A stretch of DNA of 64,000 nt from the human T2T-CHM13v2.0 reference genome, Homo sapiens: the NCBI RefSeq assembly GCF_009914755.1, contig NC_060925.1. The stretch is one strand, 5' to 3'. Position 1 is the stretch's first letter, and every line of letters starts with the position of its first letter. Below, in pieces: positions 53,216 through 64,000 of this stretch. The notes below the pieces were generated by a model that saw only the letters and a program-made list of their open reading frames with translations, was not told the origin of the DNA and did no database searches. The translations under genes and the position numbers were made by a program.

Positions 53216-55792
53216 TCCAGTGTGGCTGGTTCCAAAGGTCCCCTCTTGGCTCGCCTTGCAGGCGGGTTCCTCTTCTCCATGGGGTGGTTGGTCCTTGCTC
53301 CACATGGAGTTGAGGGGCTTGGGGACTGGCCACTGAAGGCATGCTGCTCACAAAAGCAGTCTGTGGGCACCCTCCCAGACTCAGGATCACCGTGCTGGCT
53401 GGAACATAAATGGGCCCTGTTGCAGGCGGGGTTGTCCTGGAACAGATCTTGAGATAGACTTTGACATGGAGGATATTTACTAGAAAAGTCAACACCTGGG
53501 GAAGAGATAGGGAGGAAGCAGGATTTGGTAGAGAGAAGGTGAACAGTGACGCAGCTCCAACGGAGTTTCAGCCATCCCTGGAGCCCATGTGGCCCATCTA
53601 AATTATCCCATGGGAGGTCAAAATGTCTGCACCTTTACATCGTAGCCATGATCAGTCGCTGGTCAGCCCTTCACGAAACGAGGGCGATGATAGCTCCTAA
53701 CTCCTAGGTCAGAAGGGTTAAGTGAAATGTCCTGAGCGCTGACAGCTGCCATACACAGCCACCCCTGGAGGGAGTTCTATGGTTATCTTCCCCTTACAGA
53801 GGGGAAAAGCCAGCCTCAGAGATGACAAGCAACTTCCCAAGGCCACCCAGCTAGTAATGGCAGAGCCAGGACTTAAACTGAGGTGTGCCTGATGCAGAGC
53901 TTGAGTCCCTGAGAGCTGCTGGGGGAACCCAGAAGCCCGGCAGGTGCCTGGCTCCACACCCAGCTCCCTGGCACTCACTTCCCCACACCCCATGCCCTGT
54001 GCAGCGTCCTCCCAGTCACTTCCCATCCCCATGCTCCAAGCCCCAGGGCTATCTCCCCAGGGGACCCCATCAGGGGTTGCCTGGCCTCCCTCCCTTCCCC
54101 ACAACCAGTGATCCAGCCTCCCAGGACCCCTCACAATTCTCCAAGCACGGCCCTCACCTGCCTGCCCCCATGCCCTCTGTCCCCAAGTCCTTTTTCCCCA
54201 TGCCCTCTTTCCCCTTGTCTTACCTTTTAAAGTGGTACACAGAGGCCTAACTGTCCCAGTCAGATGCAACCTTCTTCACGAAACCCTTTTGACTGGCACT
54301 CTCCCTCCCTTCTGTCTCCCAAAAGACTCAATGTCTATCTCAATCACAGCTGAGTTGCCTTGGGTCTGATATGAATCTGCTTCCCCCAACAAACCAAAGC
54401 TTCCGGGGAGGGGAGAAAGTACAAGTTAGGAGCTCTCACTCAGCCAGCTGCATGGCCCGAGGCTGGCTGCTTCCTCTTTTCTGAACCTTAGATTGCTTAT
54501 CTGTAAAATGGAGCTAACAGAGCACATTGCCAGGCACAAAAAAGGTGCTCAGTAAATGCTGTCTCTCAGGCTTTAGCCCGGGTGCAACTTTGTATCTGCC
54601 TCCAGGGCTGCAAACACTCCCTGCCCAGCTGTCTCTTTGCTTTTAATTGTCTATTTCCTCCACACTGCCAGTCCTCAGTTTCCCTTCTGTTAAACAGGCT
54701 GTCCTAACCATTCCACGCAACGGACCGTGTGGGGACTAGAAGAGGATTAGCCCAGCAGAGGCTTTGTGGGCATGTTGCTTCCTTCTTTTGCCCTTCCAAC
54801 TGCCTGCCCTTTCCATCCCAGCAATGGATGGGCTGGGAGCCAGCTGGGCCCGGGTGCCTAGGCTCACCATGTGGCATCGGCCTCAGCCATTCCTCCCAGG
54901 GCCGCAGCCACTCTTCACCCCTAGGAGAAACTGTGGGGTCCTGGCAGGGGCGGGAGGCGGCTCTAGGGACGCAGCTCTGCCCTTGACTGGGAATGACGCC
55001 AAGGCTGCTGCTGCCTGCTGACAGTCTATCCTGCTGCCCAGTCCGCTGGCGGCAGACCCTCTCTCTTCCTCCTCCCACAGTCCCACCCACAGCCTGAGCC
55101 CTGGGGTTCAGCCTGCTCAGGTCCACTCTGACGGGGCTAAGCAGAGCTCCCCAGTCCAGGAAGCCCAGACACCATCAGGCTCTGTGGCCCTGGCAAGTCC
55201 TGCCAGTGTTTAGGAGGTGACCAGAACCAGTTCTGACAACCCAAGAAGCTGGAGCACAAATACCCCTTCCTGAGCCTGCCACCTGCAGTGTGAAGGGCCC
55301 GAGCAGTGACTCTGAAGCCAGCCTTCACCACAATCAGCTGTGTCTCTGGGCAAGTTATCTAATCCTCCGTGCGTCTTTGTCTGTAAAGTGGAGTAACAGT
55401 GTCTACCCCGCAGGGCTGGTATGTGGACTAAATGAGGTAATACACAGGTGACTCTCGGGACAACAGAGCCCCTGGGAAGCACTTCATGAGGATTAGCCAT
55501 TATTATTTCACCTGTGTTCTGCATGTGGAGAGGGCAGCAACTATGGTCCCCACTGGCAGTAAGGCAACTGAGGCCCAGAAAGGGCCCACAATTGTGGCTG
55601 GGCCCCACCCCTGGCCTCTTCGTTTCCTAGGCTACCGCAGCGTCCACCACACCAGCTCTCTACGTCAAGGCCCTCTGGGGTTCATGAGCACCTCCTGTGT
55701 GCCGAGCGCTAGAGGGTCTGGCACCAGCCCAGACTGGACAGCTCTGAGGCCATAGGAGGAGAGCTTGGGCTTCACTGCATGCAGGTGGTTTA

Positions 55793-56020
<228 letters not shown>

Positions 56021-59000
56021 GACCAGGACATTCAGCCAAGGTCACAGAGCCGACACATGGCAGCCAGGTCTCCAACCTGCCTGGCTTGAGCCCTTTGCCC
56101 CACACTGGTTCCCAAACATAAATGTCTCAAGGACACCCAGAACACAGCCCACCAGCTGGCCACCCACTTGCCTTGGGACTTTTAGAAAGAAACCCAAGGC
56201 TCAGGTGCCTGTTCCCTACTGAGAATGCCCCTCCCACCATGACTCCTGACCTTAGGCCCTAGGCCCTGCCTTGCCCCTCATAGCCACCAGGCCACCCTGT
56301 CACCCACTTTAGTACAAGATAGAATAAGTCTTGGTATCCTCCAAGAGTGCTGCCACTACCAATGATTACAGAGGGGCAGGAACAGAATTTGGGATATTGA
56401 TTTGGGTTGTTTTTGGGGGGCTGTATTTCTCCTCTTCCTCTTTGAAGCAGGGGCTCTGTTCTCCTGACTTGGGGGGCTGTGGCAGGGCCCCCAGCAGAAG
56501 TTTTCTGCTAGACCCTGCCCTTCCTGGTTGGGATTTCTAAGCCACCTTAGGAAAATGACGCTTGTGACGGCAGCCTTCTGAGGAAAGCTCAGGAGGGAGG
56601 AGGAAGGAGGCTCCCCTAAGTGAAAAGACAGCAGCCCTCACTTGGGGTGGGGGTCATGTGAGCCCTGAAATAGCAGGCCCTCAGGCAGGCATGGCCACCG
56701 AGTTCCAGACCCTCCAGAGACTTGAGGTCTCACAGGGCCCTGGCTGAGGTCTCAGAGCCATGGGTCGTGCCAGCACCAGGGGCTGGCAGTGGGAGGGCTG
56801 GGTGGTGACTGGGCCTCCCCTGGGCCTTCACCTGAGACGAAGGGCCCCTCTCTCATCACCTCAGACAGACTGATTCTTAGAAAAAGCAGGACAGACAGCA
56901 CCACTCACACACCTGGGATGTGGCTCAACCCTGCCCGCTGCCCAGCAGCAGTCAGCTTTACCTCACCTCCCGGGGACTGTGCCGTTACCCTCCAAGGAGG
57001 AGCAGCCCCTGCCTGCAACCCCTGCCCACCAGTCATGGGGAAGCGCTGCAGCATCCCACAGGCATGCCTGTGCCCCAGCTATACCCACGCCAGGTGTTGG
57101 GAGGCCCAGCTTCTACTTCTGCCCCTCAGGCAACCTGTTTCCTCAGGCAACAACCTCTGCCCCCGTGGGGGTCCTCTACTTCGCACCCACCCCACGCTTC
57201 CCCCTGCCGTATCCCACAGGGGGTCCCCCACCCTTCCCTCCACCACCCCATATAGAGGCTCCTCACCCCATTTCCTTGGAGTGTGCACTGCCTACTTTGG
57301 GGTGCTCTAGGAGTTCCTCCCACTGTCTTAGGGAGGAGACCATGAATGAAGAAGCCAGGAGTGAGGCCCAGCCAGTGGCTGTGGTCCCTGCAACCCCAGC
57401 CTTGCCTCCTGGCTTGGTTTCCTTGAGAGCAAGAAGCTCCTGCTGTCCCCCACCCCAGCCGGATAATTAACAGGCTCATCGGGGCGCTGGAGGAAGCAGC
57501 CCTGGCAGATGCAGGAGCCCAGCCTTCCCAGCCCCCACACGGTTATCAGCCTGGAGTTGCATCTCAGCCTCAGGGAAAGTCACTTCAATAATTTATTCGG
57601 ACGTTATCACAAACCCACTCCCGGCACAGTGGGAAGCGAGGGAGGGAAGGCGCCGCGGCTGGAATGCCAAGCAGGGCAGCAGCCTCACCTGGCAGGGGGT
57701 GCGGGTGTCGGGAATGCTGGGGAGAGGGCTGGCGCCTCTGATCCCGGGGACTGTCCACATCTTCTCCTGGGCTCATGCATAAAATGGGCAAGGGAATACC
57801 TGTCCTGCTCCTCTCCTGAAGAGTAAAGAGAAAAAGACACCCCCCCCCACAGCCTGGGCACCAGGGGTCCTGGGTCTCAGGGTCCTCCCCTGCCCTTCTG
57901 CCTGGTCTCAGCAGCAGAGCTGACTCCAGAGCCCACGGGGTCTGTCCAGCTCCCCCAGCCCTCCTTCTCTTCTTTCCTTCCACCATGCCAGGCACGAACA
58001 TGGTCACTCGAAGTAGAACCCGGAAAAAGATAAGTCCCTGTTCTCATGGGGCTTTGAGATTTTGAGTGGACAAAAAGCATTCACTGAGATAATTTATGGA
58101 GCAACTGAAACACGGTAGTAATGGGACAGAGTGACCCCCGATAGGGAGCCATCTCAGCTAAGGCTGACCAGCCAGGGCCAGCAAGGAAGGCTGAGCTGAG
58201 ACTGAAGAGGAGTAGAAGATGTGGGAGGAGAGTGTGGGACAGACACAGCTGCAGATGCCCATCCAGAAGAGGAAAGACACTGGAGAGACGGATCCTTAGG
58301 GCCCTGTTGGCCTGGTGAAGGCTGCATTTCCATTCGAAATGCAATGGGAAGTCATTGCAGGATTTAAGGTAGAGGAGAGCTACCCTGCTCCTCTTAACAT
58401 GTGTGAGGATTGAATGAATGAATGAGGGAGGGAATGGGTGATTGTGTGCATGAGTGGGTCCAGCCATGCGGACGTAGCAGTGTTGTCATCACCACCATGA
58501 TGAATGCCACTGAGACTAAATCTTTGCCCATCTCCTTGATTATTTTGGCAGAATATACTGCTAGAAGTGCTGATAATAATGATTTGTGGGACATGAGACA
58601 GCCCTTAGTGTCACAGAAAGAGTTGGGAGATGCTGGGGAACAGGACACTTCTTGCAGAAGGCAGGGCTACCCAAGCAAGGAAGAGGTACCCCCAGGCAGA
58701 CAGGTGAGTCATGGCAGGAGAGTGGCAGATCTTCAGTTTTCACTGAGGCCTGGGACAGGGCTGCTCCACACGGCCTCATTTTGGGGTGCCAGCTCTGCAT
58801 CAATGTCTCTGAGGGCCAGCCAACTGTCTCAGGGGCCCCTCCGTCACCATCATCTCCACTATATCATCCCTCCAGCACCCCCACACTGACTCCTGCTCTC
58901 CTTCCAGGCCTTTGTCACCTGGACCCTGGAGCTCCTGAAAAGGGGAGAGGCTGGATGCCAGCTCGAAGTGGGGCCTCCTCCATGAGGACTGGGGCCTTCT

Positions 59001-60402
59001 CCCATCAGGATGGCGCCTGTCAGGGGAGAGTGAGGCAGACCCACTGGCCCCAGGCATTTGTCTGTCCGTCTCTCTCTCTCTATGGCCAAGGCCAGACGAG
59101 GAGCAGGGGCTGAGACCTGGGCCAGAGGAGCCTGCATAGATGGGTGAGAGTCCCAGGCAGCCCCAGGGCCTAGGCTGGGCCACAGTGTTCATGTCCAGCT
59201 CTAGGTCCAAAGTGAATTGTCTAGGTCCACTGTGGTCAGCCTCTGGACTCCTTAGCTAAGTTTGTGAGCCCCTCTTTCCTCATCTGTAAAATGGGAATAA
59301 TGATCATACCTTCTTCATAGAATTGAGATTATAAATATTAATAAATAAATGATAGCATTTATTATAATAGTAACAGCTAACACTTTTTAAACACTTACAG
59401 TATGCTAGGCACTGTTCTAAATACAATTGAAATAATCTCTGCAAAGTCAATAGCATGAAGCCTGGTCCTCAGTAGGTGCTTAATCAGTGGTGCATGGATA
59501 AACCGAATGAATTAAGTAAACATCCCCGGTTCCTGGGGACAAGCCACAAACTCACAGGTGAATATGCCCGGCGTACTGTGCGCCAGGCCTCGGGCTAGGT
59601 ATTGCGGATCTGCCTTCCCCACCCACTCAGATGGCAGGGATGCTGTTGCACTGTCAGGTGTGGAATATAAAGAGAGAAGCTTGGGGCTGCTGTAAGATGT
59701 GTCATTATCATTTTAGCCTGTCTTTCCCACCATGATCGGCTTTCCACAGACAACTGACCACATCATCTGATGGCGGCTGGGCCCCGAGCATGCCGCCTTG
59801 GGTGCAGCAAAAGGGGAGGAGAGTCTAATTTGCTCTGAATACAGCTCACTAGCAGCCTGGCACACACTCTGATCAAATATTTAGGTCCTCAGGAGCCCTG
59901 CCTGCAATATTAATGCAACAGGCCAGAGGCATTGGCTGCAGCCACACCGAGGGCTGGGGCTTCAATAACAAACGAGGGCTTTGCACGGAGAAACATGAGC
60001 TGATCTAGTCCATGAGTAGGACAAAAGCACCACGGAAAAACACCTTAGATGCTTCCCCCGTCACCCCAGCACACACGATCTGAACCCGTCCACTGCAGTC
60101 AACAACACGCATTGCTGGCAGAGGCATGCAGAGAGTTTTCGGAAGTTTGTACAACTTCTCCCATGGGTCTTTCCTTTCTGGAAATCTGGATGAAGGAAAT
60201 AATCAGAAATGTGGGAAAAGCGTTGTGTTTAAGAATATTCATTTATTTATGATAATAAAGGGTTAGGAATATCAACAATTCTAAACAATAAGAGATGGGT
60301 TCAGGAAATGGTAGTATATCCTCTTCGCAAAGGTGTCATGTAGTCATTAGAAATTACGTTTGCAAACAGTTTTAATGACATAGGACATTATCATGATCCA
60401 AT

Positions 60403-60707
60403 ATTTATTTTTATTTTTTTTGAGACAGGGTCTGACTCTGTTGCCCAGGCTGGAGTGCAATGGTGTGATCACGACTCACTGCAGCCTTGACCTCCCGAAC
60501 TCAGGTGATCCTCCCCCTGCCTCGGCCTCTCGAGTAAGCTCAGACTACAGGCGTGTGCCCCTACACCTGGCTAATTTTTGTATTTTTTGTAGAGATGGGA
60601 TTTTGCCATGTCACCCAGCCTCGTCTCCATCTCCTGGGCTCAAGTGATCCACCTGCCTTGGCCTCCCAAAGTGCTCAGATTACAGATGTGAGCCACCACG
60701 CCCGGCC
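60403..60707 (-). mobile_element. AluJ
   Basis: tgagacagggtctgactctgttgcccaggctgg...gagccaccacgcccggcc. Confidence 0.9.
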
Positions 60708-61145
60708 CCAAATAATTAAGTGGAAAAGGTAGGACAAAAAAATGCTACATCCAGTACTAACACAATCGTTAAGACAACTGTTTAAATAAACTCGAGCAAA
60801 TTTCATCATCTCTCTAGGGATCTCTGTTTCCTCATCTGAAAACTAGGTGTAACACCTACCACATGGCTTATTGTAAAAAAAGCATAGGATGCTATTTGGA
60901 AATGGCCTAGGATAGTGTCTGGAAGGCAGTAGACAAGCAATTCATGGTACCTGTTATATAAATTTTAATAAAAAGAACTAGAAGACACTATCCCCAAATA
61001 TTAATGAGAAGCTGTGTTTAAGTGATAGGACTGTAATCATTTTAATTTTCTTCTTTCTTTTCTGTTTTCCTTACATTTTACAGCATGGTGGGTTACTTGT
61101 ACAGTGAGAACTTTTCTAATAACCTTTATGTTACTCATTCAACAA

Positions 61146-62165
<1,020 letters not shown>

Positions 62166-64000
62166 AGATGAGGAAGGAGATGAGTATATTTAAAAATGAA
62201 ACAAGGCACAGAGAAAGAGAAGCGTTTGATGTGCAAAGCTCCAGGGACAAGAGGAGCCCGGAGAGGAGCGGGCCCAAGTGCGTGTGGAATGGCGGGGGGA
62301 TGGGGGGGCTGTGGGAGCCCGGGCCCTGGTGAATAATGGAGGAGCCCGAGCCTTTGATGATGAGCAGCTGCCAGCAGCCGGCCGGGCAAGGGAAACAGTT
62401 CTGCGTTGGGCCACTCCAGGACTCCCAGGGGACACACACTCTTGCCCCCTCCACCGCCCACCAGGCGGCCTTCCTCTGCTCTAACAGAAGTAGTGCTGTG
62501 ACTATTCCAGAGGCTCGGAGCCTGCTAATACAGATTCCACCCGGGCAGGACTTCCCACTACAGCTTTGCTGCCAGATGGCGCCCCAGCTGTGCCCTCACA
62601 CCTCCAGGGACACGGAGAGCAGGGTGAGGACAGGAGGAGGGGGAGCCCTTCCATGGACAGGGGTGAAGGAAGTCAACCTCCTATACTGTTATTCTGCCCA
62701 TACTCCACCCTGGGCTTTCCGGAGACTCTGCCCAGGTAAAACCCTCCCCTGCCCTTGATCAGAGGCTACGTGGAGCCCAGAATGGAGAGGGCCGGGAGCA
62801 GCCCTGGACTTCAGGGACGAAGCCTGATTCAATCTTTTGTTTTGTTATTAACTTATGGCTTAACCTGAACCCTCCAAATCTTATCCATTCACCGTCCCCC
62901 ACCCAACCACTCCCCACTCACCCATCTAGCCACATAGCCAAGACCCAGACAGAATGGATTTGGACACCGCTTTGCCACCTCCTAGCCTTGTGGCTGGGAT
63001 ATGCTTCTTGCCCTCTCTGAGTCTCAGCACCCCACCCCTCCGCTGCTGGAAATGAGGGTATTGATCTGTATCTACCTAGGGGTGGTTGTGGGGAGTATCA
63101 CAAGACACTTTGGGGTGTGACATCTCCCTTTCCTCCTATCTTGTCCGGGCGGGAAAGCCGGCTTCCTCTGTGGCATCCCCGGTCCCCCTCCCCCAGCACC
63201 TCCCCGCTCCTCAGCTCCTCACTAAACCTGCCTTCAAGCAAGGATGGGAAGGAGAGCGGCAGGAAAGCGCCCTGGCTGCTGCCTCCCCTTGGGGCACAAA
63301 AAGCACTGCCCCTCCGGGAAGGGGCGAGAGGGAGCAATCCAGGCGGAGGATGAAGGCAGGTAAATCTCAGGTGGAAATTTAGGTAGCAGTTGACAGGAGA
63401 GCCGGAAGTACTCACTGAATTGTGTTCCTGGCAAGGAAAAGGGCTCTGTTAACTGTGGAGTGCTGGACCAATACAAGCCATTATTATTGTTATGCCTTTT
63501 GTCTGTTTAATCCTCAGAATAATACAGTAAAGTGGGAGTGGCCACTGCACTCATTTAGAAAGGAAGAAACTAAGTGTCAGAATAGCAGCGGGCAGCTGGC
63601 ACTTGGTTCCTCCAGGGCACCTTAGCACCTGTATCCCTGTTGACACCTCTCCCCAGTGAAGCCCCACCTGGCCTCATTCAGGAGGCCTGGCAGGGCCGGG
63701 GAGCTCGGCGCCCTGCCCAGTACCACAGTGCTGTGGTGGCCCAGAGTGTGCCACTGCCTCCAGTTCCCTACGCCAGACAGGCCAAGTCCCGCCTGTGCAG
63801 AATGAAGATCGAACCTTACGAATGTCACTCGTCATGAGGCAGTGGCTCCCCTTGGACTGCTTCCTGCCTGAGTTCTTGAAAAGCAATTCACTGTGTGTCA
63901 AGTGACCACAGGAGATACGCAGAAGGCCCTGCCCTGAGCTGCCCTGGGCATCTGGCTCAGACGGTGGGACAAGGTGCAGCCTTCCATTAAAGCTGGGGAG

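Noticed and set aside
54164-54215. Imperfect 15-nt periodic pyrimidine-rich repeat giving RAWGK-like peptide repeats in ORF 53718-54269
   Set aside because: Degenerate low-copy minisatellite with no exon or domain support.

Overview
This is human (or very close great-ape) genomic DNA containing the 5' end of LRP8 (ApoER2, LDL-receptor family) on the minus strand. Coding exon 1 (13999-14122) encodes the signal peptide, with a (CTG)11 poly-Leu tract. Exon 2 (13083-13202) encodes the first LDLR class A repeat. Both lie in a ~3 kb CpG island. Bases 1-13082 are intron 2, and ~14300-64000 is upstream sequence dominated by Alu, L1, L2, MIR, MaLR/ERV LTRs and MER DNA-transposon relics. No other protein-coding gene is supported; the remaining ORFs in the track look like chance or repeat-derived frames. 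I found no convincing new biological system. The most interesting observations are: (i) a triplet-repeat-rich LRP8 leader with an ATG uORF (poly-Arg), a near-cognate overlapping poly-Gly/poly-Ala frame and an antisense poly-Gln ORF; (ii) three ~95%-identical short templated duplications (two direct, one inverted) inside old L1 DNA at 38-45 kb; (iii) a perfect 18-bp inverted repeat; (iv) an intact solo LTR13 pointing toward LRP8. Repeat subfamily names come from recalled consensus sequences, not from a search, and many repeat boundaries are approximate.
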